From an uncultured Candidatus Saccharibacteria bacterium (lineage in GTDB: Bacteria > Patescibacteriota > Minisyncoccia > Minisyncoccales > GWA2-38-27), in NCBI GenBank assembly GCA_964408385.1, contig CAYOZF010000001.1, positions 47,348-102,848 on the forward strand: a DNA stretch of 55,501 nucleotides. Reading direction: 5' to 3'. Shown here one piece after another: positions 44,801-53,893 of this stretch. Under the pieces are notes generated by a model that saw only the letters and a list, made by a program, of their open reading frames with translations, had not been told where the DNA came from and did not search any database. Position 1 is the stretch's first letter; every line of letters starts with the position of its first letter. A program made the position numbers and the translations under genes.

Positions 44801-45364
44801 CTCTTCTTTGGCTTTATCCCGGGCAATTCTCAAGCCTTCTAAAATATCTTTTAATTGTTTTTCATCCTTAATTTCAGATTTAATAGTTCTTATTTTGCTC
44901 TTATACTCTTTTTCAACCTGTTCCAGGGTTTTAGTCTTGGCTTCTTCATTAAGATCAGTAACAATATAGGCAGCAAAATAAATAACTTTTTCCAGCTGCT
45001 GCATAGGAATATCCAAAACCATTCCTATTCTTGAAGGAACTCCCCTTAAAAACCAGATATGGGAAACAGGACAGGCTAATTTAATATGGCCCATTCTTTC
45101 CCTTCTGACCGTAGCTTTAGTTACTTCTACTCCGCATCTTTCACAGACTATGCCTTTATACCTAATCCTCCTGTATTTCCCGCAATAACATTCATAGTCT
45201 TTTTCTGGACCAAAAATCTTCTCGCAAAAAAGCCCGTCTTTCTCAGCTTTCTGAGTTCGGTAGTTGATTGTTTCCGGTCTAATAACCTCACCCTTGCTCC
45301 AGGATAAAATATCTTCTGGAGAGGCAATCTTTATTCTTATTTTTTCTAAATCTTGAACTCTCAT
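41819..45364 (-). CDS. rpoC: DNA-directed RNA polymerase beta' subunit
   Basis: Zn-binding motif CYCGKYRRIRYKGIVCERCG. The catalytic motif NADFDGD is present. 1181 aa. Confidence 0.98.
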   Translation of the reverse strand: MRVQDLEKIRIKIASPEDILSWSKGEVIRPETINYRTQKAEKDGLFCEKIFGPEKDYECYCGKYRRIRYKGIVCERCGVEVTKATVRRERMGHIKLACPVSHIWFLRGVPSRIGMVLDIPMQQLEKVIYFAAYIVTDLNEEAKTKTLEQVEKEYKSKIRTIKSEIKDEKQLKDILEGLRIARDKAKEEISSIKLLRVFSEVEYYDYSLKYGEIFEAGTGAETLRKIFEKVDLKKEMADLKKKEEKATAISKRKLLRRLRFLQGMVKAGIKPEWMFLKVIPILPPDLRPMVQLDGGRYASSDLNDLYRRVINRNNRLKYLLEIAAPEVIVRNEKRMLQEAVDALIDNGMRKGILTTATTGGRRLLKSLADMLKGKQGRFRQNLLGKRVDYSGRSVIVVGPQLQLHQCGLPKKMALELFKPFVIKMILDKELAYNVRGASRLIEQETDDVWAILEQVVRDKFVLLNRAPTLHRLGIQAFQPVLIEGESIELHPMVCKAFNADFDGDQMAVHVPLSTRAQTEAKEIMLSSHNLLKPATGTPVVAPTQDIVLGCYWITKIKPGAKGENKFFYNPEEAIIAKETEDINIRAKVKIRINNEILETSVGRILMNQTLPKNYGFINEVMTSKKLEKIVGEIIDKFDQETVENTLDKIKNLGFESATVSGITWGMDDLIVPPEKEKIIQAAEKEINIIESHFKKGLLSREEKSSKVIEVWTKTKSELEKLVPKTLPEMGSIFTMVDSGARGSWSQPVQMAGMKGLVISPSGQIIELPVKSSFKEGFDVLEYFISTHGARKGTADTALRTSTAGYLTRRLVDVAHDMIVFDNDCKDKDGFIVFKKDADVLGQDFCYKIVGRTTLEDIKVDNKTIVKKGEIIDWAAARKITEANVGKIKIRSAITCKSTRGICQKCYGWDLGSRKLVEKGEAIGIVAAQAIGEPGTQLTMRTFHTGGVAGGGDITFGLPRVQEIFEARVPRGKAEISKVEGKILDITPNRVISIKSKDKKELVEYKLPAKTAIFVEKGDNIIKGQQLCEGSLDLRELFRAKGKEDAQRYILNEIQKIYVSQGAIIHDKHVEIIVRQMFSRVKIKEIGNSIFTIGEIIERSRFIEENEKLKKEKKKPAKAVVILLGISRVALTTDSFLSSASFQETSRVLIRAAMEGKEDKLRGLKENVIIGKLIPAGTGFKK

Positions 45365-45372
45365 TTTGTTAG

Positions 45373-45390
45373 TTCCGGCACTTACCGGAA
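45373..45390. other. Small hairpin in the 27-nt rpoB-rpoC spacer
   Basis: TTCCGG-CACTTA-CCGGAA. Confidence 0.5.
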
Positions 45391-45391
45391 A

Positions 45392-48300
45392 TTATTTTTC
45401 TTTTGGTTTTTCTTTAACTTCAATGTTTAAGCCTAAAGATTTTAATTCTGAAACTAATAAATTGAATGAAGCTGGGATATTAGGATTCTTTATCTCTTCT
45501 CCTTTTAAAATGGCTTCATAAGTAGCTGCTCTTCCTAAAACATCGTCTGATTTTATGGTTAAAACTTCCTGAAGAGTATTGGCTGCTCCATAACCTTCTA
45601 AAGCCCAGACCTCCATTTCTCCGAATCTCTGACCTCCGAACTGGGCTTTTCCTCCCAAGGGCTGTTGGGTTATCAAGGAATAAGGGCCAATAGAACGCAT
45701 ATGAATCTTGTCTTCAACCATATGAATAAGTTTTATCATATACATATAGCCGACTGTAATCTTTTCTGGAAAAGGCAAACCAGTCCTTCCGTCATAAAGA
45801 ACAAACTTCCCATCTTCAGAAAAACCAGCCTTTCTCAGCTCCTGCTTAATATCTTTTTCATTAGCCCCAGCCATTGAAGGAGATTCTGCTAAATAACCAA
45901 GCTTAGAAGCGGCCATTCCTAAGTGGGTTTCCAAAATCTGACCGATGTTCATTCTGGAAGCAACGCCTAAGGGGTTTAAAACAACATCTACTGGAGTGCC
46001 GTCTTCTAGAAAAGGCATTTCCTCTTCTGGCACAACCCGGGAAATAACTCCTTTGTTCCCGTGCCGGCCAGCTAACTTGTCTCCAGCCTGAATTTTTCTC
46101 ATTGAAGCTATTTCTACTTCTATTCTTTTGATAACTCCTGGCTCCAACTTATGGCCTTCGTCTCGAGAAAAGACTTTAATCCCAACAACTCTTCCTCTTT
46201 TTCCGTGCTGCATTAACAAAGAGGTGTCTTTTACATCTCTGGCTTTTTCCCCAAAAATAGCTCTTAATAGTCTTTCTTCAGCAGTTACGCCTGCTTCTCC
46301 TTTAGGTGAAATCTTGCCTACCAAAATATCGTTGGGACCGACCTCTGCTCCGATTCTAATAACCCCTTCTTCATCCAAGTCTTTTAGTTTCTCTTCAGAA
46401 ATATTGGGTATATCGCAGGTAGTAATTTCCGGGCCTAATTTTGTTTCCCTAACATCGCAGACAAGGTTTTCCAAATGAATTGATGAATAATAATTCTCTT
46501 TTACTAATCTCTCCGAAATAATAATCGCATCCTCAAAGTTTAAGCCTTGCCAGGAAAGAAAAGCAACTAAAATATTCTGGCCTAAAGCCAGTCTGCCCTG
46601 GGAAATAGCTCCTCCATCTGCTAAAATATCTCCTTTTTCGATTTTCTGGCCCTTGCTAACAATAGGCTTTTGGTGAAAACAAGTATATTGATTTGTTCTG
46701 ACAAAGGTTTTCAAGTCATATCTTTTCTTCTTAACAACAATGTGGTCAGCATCAACTTCAGCTACTATACCGTCTTCTTCAGCAATTACTTCCTGGCCTG
46801 AATCTCTGGCTACTCTTTCCTCCATACCTGAACCAACCAAAGGAACCTCGGGGTTAACCAAAGGAACTGACTGCCTCTGCATATTAGATCCCATCAAGGC
46901 TCTGTTAGCATCATCATTCTGGAGAAAAGGAATAAGAGAAGTTCCAACAGAAATACACTGTTCAGTAGAAACATCAATATAGTCTATCTTATCCTTATTA
47001 ATCAAGCCTGGTGCTCCTTTTATTCTGGCCTCAACTCTTTTATCAGTAATCCGGCCCTGTTCATCAATAGAAACGCCCCCATGGGCAATATTGTATTTCT
47101 CTTCTTCAAAAGCATTAAGATAATGTATTTTAGAGGTAATCCTGCCTTTTTCAATCTTGAAATAGGGAGTTTCAACAAAACCATAAGGATTAACTTTTGC
47201 AAAACAAGCTAAGTGGTTTACTAAACCAATATTAGGACCTTCTGGGGTCTGAATAGGACAAATTCTGCCGTAATGGGAGGGTTGGACATCTCTTACTTCA
47301 AAACCAGCTCTTTCCCTGGTTAAACCACCTGGTCCAGTAGCTGACAATCTTCTCTTATGCTCTAATTCAGCTAAAGGATTTTCATTGTCCATAAACTGGC
47401 ACATCTGGGAAGAAGTGAAGAACTCTCTGATAACAGACATAACTGGTCTGGGATTAACTATCTGGGAAGGAGACATGCTGGCAGAATCCAAAGTAGACAT
47501 CCTATCCTTAACAATCCTCTCCATTCTCATTAAACCGACTCTTATTCTGTTCTGAAGAAGCTCAGCTATTGTTCTTACTCTTCTATTGCCTAAATGGTCT
47601 ATTTCATCCGGGCTGGCATCAGGATCATTATTTAATCTGATAATCTCCCTGATAACCTCTATAATATCATCTACTTTTAAAACTCTGTTCTCTGGAGTAA
47701 TCTTTTGTTCCGTCTTTGTTTTCTTAAGCTCAGGCAGTCTCTGCCACATTCTCCATCTTCCGACTTTTGACAAGTCATATCTTTCAAAATTAAAAAAGGT
47801 GTTCTCAATTAATTCTTTGGCTGTATCAGGAGTAACCAAATCTCCTGGCCTTAGTCTTCTATATATCTCAACCAAAGCATTGGGCTGATCCGGGGCTGGA
47901 TCTTTTTTCAAAGTTTCTTCAATATAGTTTATATCCGGATTATTATCTACATCCTTAAAAAGGTCTTTTATCTGTTTGTTGTCAAAACCTCCCAAAGCCT
48001 TTAAAAGGGTGGTAGCAGCTACTTTTCTTTTTCGGTCAATCTTTACTCCGATAAAACCGCTGGCTTCATTTTCAAACTCCAGCCAGGCTCCTCTGTTGGG
48101 AATAATTTTGGCTCCAAACCTGTTCCTGCCTCTTACTCTTTGCAGGCTAAAAAAAGCGCCCGGCGAACGAATAAGCTGGGCTATAGTCACTCTCTCAATT
48201 CCATTTACAATAAAAGTTCCCCTTTCTGTCATTAGGGGAAAATCAGCTAAAAAAACTTCTTGTTCCTTTGCTTTCTTTGTCTTGAGATTAACAAGCTTGG

Positions 48301-48559
48301 CCTTAACCCTTAGAGAAGCTTCATAGGAATCATTATTTATTCTTGCTTCTAAATCATTCTTATACTTTGACTTATCTAAAGTATAATCAGTAAACCAAAG
48401 CTCATATTCCTTCCCAGCATAATCCCTTATAGGGAATATTTCTGAAAAAAGCTCTTTTAATCCCTCAGCCCAAAACCAATCCCAGCTTTCTTTTTGAAGA
48501 GATAAAAGATAAGGAAGTTTAAGGGAAACTTTTGACTTAGAAAAACTTTTAATTTTCAT
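45392..48559 (-). CDS. rpoB: DNA-directed RNA polymerase beta subunit
   Basis: 1055 aa. Conserved beta blocks are present (e.g. RLSATGPGGLTRERAGFEVRDV, GRHGNKGV, GGQRFGEMEVWALE). Confidence 0.98.
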   Translation of the reverse strand: MKIKSFSKSKVSLKLPYLLSLQKESWDWFWAEGLKELFSEIFPIRDYAGKEYELWFTDYTLDKSKYKNDLEARINNDSYEASLRVKAKLVNLKTKKAKEQEVFLADFPLMTERGTFIVNGIERVTIAQLIRSPGAFFSLQRVRGRNRFGAKIIPNRGAWLEFENEASGFIGVKIDRKRKVAATTLLKALGGFDNKQIKDLFKDVDNNPDINYIEETLKKDPAPDQPNALVEIYRRLRPGDLVTPDTAKELIENTFFNFERYDLSKVGRWRMWQRLPELKKTKTEQKITPENRVLKVDDIIEVIREIIRLNNDPDASPDEIDHLGNRRVRTIAELLQNRIRVGLMRMERIVKDRMSTLDSASMSPSQIVNPRPVMSVIREFFTSSQMCQFMDNENPLAELEHKRRLSATGPGGLTRERAGFEVRDVQPSHYGRICPIQTPEGPNIGLVNHLACFAKVNPYGFVETPYFKIEKGRITSKIHYLNAFEEEKYNIAHGGVSIDEQGRITDKRVEARIKGAPGLINKDKIDYIDVSTEQCISVGTSLIPFLQNDDANRALMGSNMQRQSVPLVNPEVPLVGSGMEERVARDSGQEVIAEEDGIVAEVDADHIVVKKKRYDLKTFVRTNQYTCFHQKPIVSKGQKIEKGDILADGGAISQGRLALGQNILVAFLSWQGLNFEDAIIISERLVKENYYSSIHLENLVCDVRETKLGPEITTCDIPNISEEKLKDLDEEGVIRIGAEVGPNDILVGKISPKGEAGVTAEERLLRAIFGEKARDVKDTSLLMQHGKRGRVVGIKVFSRDEGHKLEPGVIKRIEVEIASMRKIQAGDKLAGRHGNKGVISRVVPEEEMPFLEDGTPVDVVLNPLGVASRMNIGQILETHLGMAASKLGYLAESPSMAGANEKDIKQELRKAGFSEDGKFVLYDGRTGLPFPEKITVGYMYMIKLIHMVEDKIHMRSIGPYSLITQQPLGGKAQFGGQRFGEMEVWALEGYGAANTLQEVLTIKSDDVLGRAATYEAILKGEEIKNPNIPASFNLLVSELKSLGLNIEVKEKPKEK

Positions 48560-48598
48560 GAGAAAATCTCGAGCATACCCGCTCTTAAAATACGCAAA

Positions 48599-48624
48599 AG
48601 AGATATTTTTAACAAAATATCTCT
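48599..48624 (-). promoter_or_regulatory. Perfect 11-bp AT-rich hairpin plus T-rich tract in the rpoB leader (possible attenuator)
   Basis: The minus strand reads AGAGATATTTT-GTTA-AAAATATCTCT followed by TTTGCGTATTTT. It lies between the predicted promoter and the rpoB ATG. Confidence 0.45.
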
Positions 48625-48675
48625 AAAATAATTCCAATTAATATTAAAATAGTATCAGAAACACTACTGTTTTAA

Positions 48676-48704
48676 ATTTTAATTTATTTAAGAGACCTTG
48701 TCAA
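48676..48704 (-). promoter_or_regulatory. rpoB promoter, TTGACA-17 nt-TAAAAT
   Basis: The minus strand reads TTGACAaggtctcttaaataaatTAAAAT. The -35 box starts 5 nt after the upstream gene's stop codon. Confidence 0.5.
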
Positions 48705-48709
48705 GAGCT

Positions 48710-51088
48710 TTACTCCTCTTCAGGATATTCCTCTTCAATTGGAACAATTGGAGGCTCTTGTTCAACTATTCCGTCTAAAGCTCTTTTACCAGCTTTTAAG
48801 TTCTTTAATATTGCTGCGACTAGGCCATTATTAGGGTTATTGCTTAAAATCTTCTCAAAAACAACAATAGCATTTTCTTTATCTCCCAGTTCATCATAAA
48901 TTAGGCCCAAGAAATACAAGGCATTAGCATAATCATTGTTCAAGAGAACAGCTCTTTCTAGTTCAACTTTGGCTCTTTCAAAATCCTCAAGCTGATAATA
49001 AAGCATGCCTAACTGGAAAGCCAGACCAACATCATTGGGAGCTATGCTTTTTGTCTTTTCTAGCTGCTGAATCATTTCTTGTTCTTTTCCCTGAAGCTGA
49101 TAAACTATTGCTAGCTGAAAATGAGCTGCTGCATAATCTGACTTTAATTCAATAGCTTTTTCAAAAAACTCTTTAGCCTCTTCAAGCAATTTATCTTTTT
49201 CTTCTGAATCTTCCTGGCTAACATGAACTAAAATAGATATTCCTGCCTGAGTTGGGAAAATCGGATTGGTTGGCTCAAGCTCTGAGGCTTTTTTATAAGC
49301 ATCAACAGCCCAATCCTTGGTTCCTCCAACAAGTCCAATTAAACTCTGATAAATATCTCCTCTGACTGACCAGTTGGCTACATTATTAGAATTAACATCA
49401 GTAGCCCACCTGACCGCGTTAACAGCACTGCTGATATATCCCTGAACAAGCTGGAAGGTCTCTGGTTGAGACAAATCAGTCCTGGCTGTTATTTCGTTTA
49501 TTGATTGAATATATACTTGAGAGATTTCTCTCCAGTATAAGTCTACCTTAGGGCTCATATCGATTGCCTTCTTTATATTCACCAGTGTTTCATTTGTCTT
49601 TTCCTGCAATTGTTCCAAGGTTTCAGCACTACTCTTTTCCTGCCAACTTTTAATCCCCTCTAAATAGCTCATAGCGGAAACATATCTTTGCCCTTCAAGA
49701 ATCATAATGCCTAAACCAAAAATAAAGATTAGGGTAAAAGCAAAAGTAATCCCTAAAGTAGTTAAAGAAGAAGGCTTCAAAATAATCTCTTTTTTAAAAG
49801 GAGAAAACAAAGAAACAAAACAGGCTATTAAAAGGAAATAAACAAAATCCAAGGAAAGATTGGAGTGATAAAGAAAAAATCCAACAGTAGCTGTCAAAAA
49901 ACTGGCGAAAAGCCCGATGCCTAATATCACAGAAAACTCTTCCCCTTCCAACTCTTGGACTGTCTTAGAGAAGAAGAATCTAATTCCATGATATATTAAA
50001 AACAAAACCAAAGCTAAAAATGCTAACCCGCCTAAAATTCCTAAAGTAGCTAACAAAGTCAAAGCTTTAGAACTAGCCCAATCAAAGTTTAAGTTCCAAA
50101 AGATGCTTTGATTAAAACCGATATCTTTAAATTTTGAGAAAATGTAACTAAAAGAGCCTGGTCCTGATCCGATTAAAGGGTTCTGCTTCAAAGACTGAAA
50201 AGCAACATTTAAACTAGCTTTATTAGTTAGATAAACATCAATGGATCTATCCGGCGCTCCTGGAATCTGAAATTTGAAAAAAGTAAATAATAAAGCTATT
50301 GCCAAAAAGAACATAGGCAGAATAAGCCAGCGGCTATCAAAAACATCTCTTTTCTGACTGGCTAAAGCAATAATCAAAGCAGCTCCTATTATTACTATCC
50401 ACCAGGCAATTTGAAAATTAATTATTAGCAAAAGAGCGGCAGCTAACAAAGCAGAAATTATAGAAAAAACTCTTAGTTTTTTGTCTTTTGCTGTTACTAA
50501 AAAGGTGATTATCAAAGGAAAAATAATAGCTGCGAATACAGCCAAAGAATTAACACCTCCAATAGTGTTAAATGAAGTTGCTTTGGTAAAACCAATAGGA
50601 AGAATAAATTTTCCTAAAACCTGAAGAAAACCATAAAGCATTACTAAAAAGGAAGAGGCTACTAAAGAAACAACTAGATAAAAAACCTCTTTTACTTTAA
50701 AAATATTAACAATCAGGAAATAAAGAAGAGTTAAGCCTAATATAGTAAGGGTGCTTTCAGAAGTGACCTGAGGCCAGCCCCAAAAACTTCCGTATCTTGA
50801 TAAGGAAAAAATATTAGAAGCTATATAGACTAAAAAAAGCAGAGCAATTGGTATATGGACTAAACTGAGATTAAAGCTAAGCCTACCAGAGATCAAAGCT
50901 TTTAACATCCAGGCAAAAACTGATATGAAAACCAAGAAAATTAATAAAGCTTGTTTGTTAAAATCAAGCACATTTGCTGTCCAAGGCAAAAATAAGATTG
51001 GCAGCAAAAATACTAAAACATATATGCTTGTTTTAGAAACTTTGTCACAAGCATCAATTATTGAAAAAGATTTGTCTATTTTTTTCAT
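48710..51088 (-). CDS. Polytopic O-antigen-ligase/polymerase-like (Wzy_C-type) membrane protein with C-terminal TPR repeats
   Basis: About 12 or more TM helices in the first roughly 480 aa. TPR-like repeats follow (e.g. AAAHFQLAIVYQLQGKEQE and ANALYFLGLIYDELGDKENA). Confidence 0.7.
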   Translation of the reverse strand: MKKIDKSFSIIDACDKVSKTSIYVLVFLLPILFLPWTANVLDFNKQALLIFLVFISVFAWMLKALISGRLSFNLSLVHIPIALLFLVYIASNIFSLSRYGSFWGWPQVTSESTLTILGLTLLYFLIVNIFKVKEVFYLVVSLVASSFLVMLYGFLQVLGKFILPIGFTKATSFNTIGGVNSLAVFAAIIFPLIITFLVTAKDKKLRVFSIISALLAAALLLIINFQIAWWIVIIGAALIIALASQKRDVFDSRWLILPMFFLAIALLFTFFKFQIPGAPDRSIDVYLTNKASLNVAFQSLKQNPLIGSGPGSFSYIFSKFKDIGFNQSIFWNLNFDWASSKALTLLATLGILGGLAFLALVLFLIYHGIRFFFSKTVQELEGEEFSVILGIGLFASFLTATVGFFLYHSNLSLDFVYFLLIACFVSLFSPFKKEIILKPSSLTTLGITFAFTLIFIFGLGIMILEGQRYVSAMSYLEGIKSWQEKSSAETLEQLQEKTNETLVNIKKAIDMSPKVDLYWREISQVYIQSINEITARTDLSQPETFQLVQGYISSAVNAVRWATDVNSNNVANWSVRGDIYQSLIGLVGGTKDWAVDAYKKASELEPTNPIFPTQAGISILVHVSQEDSEEKDKLLEEAKEFFEKAIELKSDYAAAHFQLAIVYQLQGKEQEMIQQLEKTKSIAPNDVGLAFQLGMLYYQLEDFERAKVELERAVLLNNDYANALYFLGLIYDELGDKENAIVVFEKILSNNPNNGLVAAILKNLKAGKRALDGIVEQEPPIVPIEEEYPEEE

Positions 51089-51174
51089 ATATTTTTTAAG
51101 TTAATTTATATAATTATTTTATATTATTTTTACTTAAAGTCAATTTAAACTTTTCCACTTCTTTTCCCCAACTT

Positions 51175-51552
51175 CTATGTATCAAGGGTAATATTTTCAT
51201 AATGGTTAATACGTTCTACTTTTTCATTTTCATTAAGAACTATACAAATTGCATCAATTCTATATATTTTTTGCTTTGATTGATTTTTTAACATATAGGC
51301 CTGACTGTTTCTAATAATCCTATAAACCTTATCTCTATTAATAGCATCCTCTGGTATTCCGAATTGCTCCCCTATTCTTGTTTTAACTTCTATAAACACT
51401 AAATCATTTTTATATTTGGCAATCAAATCAATTTCTCCATACTTATTTTTATAATTTTGCTCTAAAATCTTATAACCTTTTTCCTCTAAATATTTTCGGG
51501 CAATATTCTCCCCTAAATTCCCTTTTTCTAAATTAAACTTTTTAATCTCCAT
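51175..51552 (-). CDS. YraN family (UPF0102) endonuclease-like protein
   Basis: GENIARKYLEEKGYKILEQNYKNKYGEIDLIAKYKNDLVFIEVKTR is the UPF0102 core. The ATG at 51552 is preferred; the track start at 51591 would read through the REP-like palindrome. Confidence 0.8.
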   Translation of the reverse strand: MEIKKFNLEKGNLGENIARKYLEEKGYKILEQNYKNKYGEIDLIAKYKNDLVFIEVKTRIGEQFGIPEDAINRDKVYRIIRNSQAYMLKNQSKQKIYRIDAICIVLNENEKVERINHYENITLDT

Positions 51553-51561
51553 AAAATTATC

Positions 51562-51582
51562 GGGATAAATCGGATTTATCCC
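51562..51582. repeat. REP-like palindrome GGGATAAATCGGATTTATCCC
   Basis: A 10-bp stem around a central G. It is the reverse-complement orientation of the copies at 41790 and 52316. Confidence 0.85.
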
Positions 51583-51587
51583 AAACT

Positions 51588-52307
51588 TCATTCTAATATA
51601 AAATCGTTAATTTCATTATGTTTTTTACTTATTATAAAATCTCTAACAAATTCTCTATATTTTTCTGGAGTTGGAAAAAACTCCTTAAATACTCCTTTTT
51701 CAATAATAATAGAATCTCTCAATCCTAAATAATCTGGATTAGTGCAAAAAGAATAATTTTCTGCGAAATTAATAACTTTATCTATATCTATTACTCCTTT
51801 TTCTTTTAATTCTGGCTCTACTAATTGTCCGGGATTAATAACGTTTATATAGGCTAAAATATATTGCAATTGGATATCATTTTCTATTGCTATTGCCTTG
51901 AATCTTCCCTGGAATAAAGGTCCTACCCGATTATATTTCTTATTAAAATATTTAACATATCCTATCCCAAGTTTCTGCATAAACCTAGAAGTACCACCTT
52001 CTTCAATTTCCTCTAATAATAAATGATAATGATTCGGCATTAGACAATCGGCTAAAATGCGAACCAAGGGATTCTCATTTTTCTTATTTTTATCAATAAA
52101 TTTTCTTAACAAATTAAAATTTATTCTTCCTTTATTTTCTCTTTCTATATGAGAAAGAATTCTAAACGAGCTATTTTCGTCATTAAACAGAGACATCCCT
52201 TGAAGAAATCTCCATTTATCTGAATCACTATTAAAAATATTGCGCTTTTCTACGCCTCTATTATAAACATGATATATTTTACCTTTTTCAAATTTTATTT
52301 TCTTCAT
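51588..52307 (-). CDS. HUH/Y1 transposase, IS200/RAYT-like (paralogue of 40115-40834)
   Basis: The HUH motif is MPNHYHLLL. The Tyr helix is YILAYINVINP. It is roughly two-thirds identical to the other copy by eye. Confidence 0.8.
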   Translation of the reverse strand: MKKIKFEKGKIYHVYNRGVEKRNIFNSDSDKWRFLQGMSLFNDENSSFRILSHIERENKGRINFNLLRKFIDKNKKNENPLVRILADCLMPNHYHLLLEEIEEGGTSRFMQKLGIGYVKYFNKKYNRVGPLFQGRFKAIAIENDIQLQYILAYINVINPGQLVEPELKEKGVIDIDKVINFAENYSFCTNPDYLGLRDSIIIEKGVFKEFFPTPEKYREFVRDFIISKKHNEINDFILE

Positions 52308-52315
52308 ATTATTGG

Positions 52316-52336
52316 GGGATAAATCCGATTTATCCC
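52316..52336. repeat. REP-like palindrome GGGATAAATCCGATTTATCCC
   Basis: Perfect 10+1+10 palindrome between the transposase 2 start and the comM stop. Confidence 0.85.
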
Positions 52337-52342
52337 GGATAA

Positions 52343-53893
52343 TTATGTATCTTCAAATTTTATTTTAGGACGATATTGCAAAGCCTCGGCAATATTATTA
52401 ACTGTTATTTCTTGCCCCGTATTCTGCGCCGTATTTTCTGTTTCTCCTAAATCAGAGATTGTCTGAGCAATTTTTATTACTTTAAAGTAAGACCGGGCGG
52501 AAAGATTAAAACCCATAAGCGCTTGGTTTAGTAATTGTCTCGCTTCTCCGGAAAGAAAACAATATTTTTTGATATGACTATTTTTCATTTCGGCATTGGT
52601 AAAAATATTTTCTTTAAAAAAACGCTTGGCTTGTATTTCTCTTGCCTTTATTACCCGCTCTCTAATTTGAGCGGACGATTCCTTGTCTACGGGAGAAAAA
52701 TCTTCGGGCTCCACCACCGGAACTTCTATATGAAGGTCAATTCGGTCTAAAATCGGTCCGGAAATTCTCTTTCTATATTTCTTGATTTCCCGCTGAGTGC
52801 AAATACAAGCTTTCTTAGGATGGTATAAATATCCGCAAGGACAAGGGTTAGCCGAAGCCACAAGCATAAATCTGGAAGGATAAGTTGCTCTAGCTTTACT
52901 TCTGGAAATGGTAAGCACACCATCTTCTAAAGGCTGTCTTAACGCCTCCATTACCGAACGCGGAAACTCGGTGAATTCGTCTAAAAACAACACTCCTCGG
53001 TGGGCCAAACTTATTTCTCCGGGCTGGGGATTTGTTCCTCCGCCGATAAGTCCGGCTTGGGAAATAGTATGATGAGGCGACCTGAAAGGGCAATTGGTAA
53101 TAAGAGAACCCCGGGGAGGAATATGACCGGAAGCAGAATAAATTTTTGTCACTTCTAAAGATTCTAATTCTTTAAGCGGGGGCAGAATACCAGGGATTGC
53201 CCGGGCCATCATTGTTTTTCCAGAACCTGGACTGCCAATCATAAAAAGATTATGAGCCCCGGCAGCGGCAATTTCCACCACTCTTTTAACCTGCTCCTGG
53301 CCTAAGACTTCTTTCATGTCAAATTCAACATCATTCCTGACAACAAAACTATTCTTATTTTCATACTTTATCGGTTCAATCTGAATTTTGCCTAAGAAAT
53401 AAGAAATTAAATGACCTAAACTTTCTATAGAATAAACATTAACCCCTTTAACAACCGCAGCTTCATTGGCCGATAATTTGGGAACAAAAATATTTTTAAT
53501 CCCTTTATCTTTAGCGAATAAAGCTAAAAGCAGAGCTCCTTTAGTGTGACGCAAAGTTCCATCCAAAGAAAGCTCGCCAAAAAATAAACTTTCTTCGGGC
53601 AGGCTACATCTTAAAATTGAACCTAAAATTCCGACGGCTATAGGCAAATCATAACAAGAACCGTCTTTAGGAACGTCGGCCGGAGCTAAATTAACGATAA
53701 TCCTTCTTGCCGGAAACTCATATCCGGAGTTAATAATAGCTGTTTTAACCCTTTCTTTGCTTTCATCAACCGCTTTAGCAGGAAGACCGACTATTTCAAA
53801 ACCGGGCAACCCCCGATTAGCGACATTAACCTCTACATCTACTCCTATAGTATCTAAGCCTAAGTTTGTTATCGAATTAACTTTAATAAACAT
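52343..53893 (-). CDS. comM: YifB/ComM family Mg-chelatase-like AAA+ ATPase
   Basis: N-terminal Lon-protease-like domain. The Walker A motif is GSPGSGKTM and the Walker B motif is VLFLDEF. The C-terminal Mg-chelatase subunit ChlI-like end is present. Confidence 0.9.
   Translation of the reverse strand: MFIKVNSITNLGLDTIGVDVEVNVANRGLPGFEIVGLPAKAVDESKERVKTAIINSGYEFPARRIIVNLAPADVPKDGSCYDLPIAVGILGSILRCSLPEESLFFGELSLDGTLRHTKGALLLALFAKDKGIKNIFVPKLSANEAAVVKGVNVYSIESLGHLISYFLGKIQIEPIKYENKNSFVVRNDVEFDMKEVLGQEQVKRVVEIAAAGAHNLFMIGSPGSGKTMMARAIPGILPPLKELESLEVTKIYSASGHIPPRGSLITNCPFRSPHHTISQAGLIGGGTNPQPGEISLAHRGVLFLDEFTEFPRSVMEALRQPLEDGVLTISRSKARATYPSRFMLVASANPCPCGYLYHPKKACICTQREIKKYRKRISGPILDRIDLHIEVPVVEPEDFSPVDKESSAQIRERVIKAREIQAKRFFKENIFTNAEMKNSHIKKYCFLSGEARQLLNQALMGFNLSARSYFKVIKIAQTISDLGETENTAQNTGQEITVNNIAEALQYRPKIKFEDT

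Larger units (their letters stand above)
51562..52336 (-). mobile_element. IS200/RAYT-like unit 2: an HUH/Y1 transposase gene bracketed by two copies of a 21-nt palindrome
   Basis: See the repeats at 51562-51582 and 52316-52336, and the CDS at 51588-52307. Confidence 0.6.
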
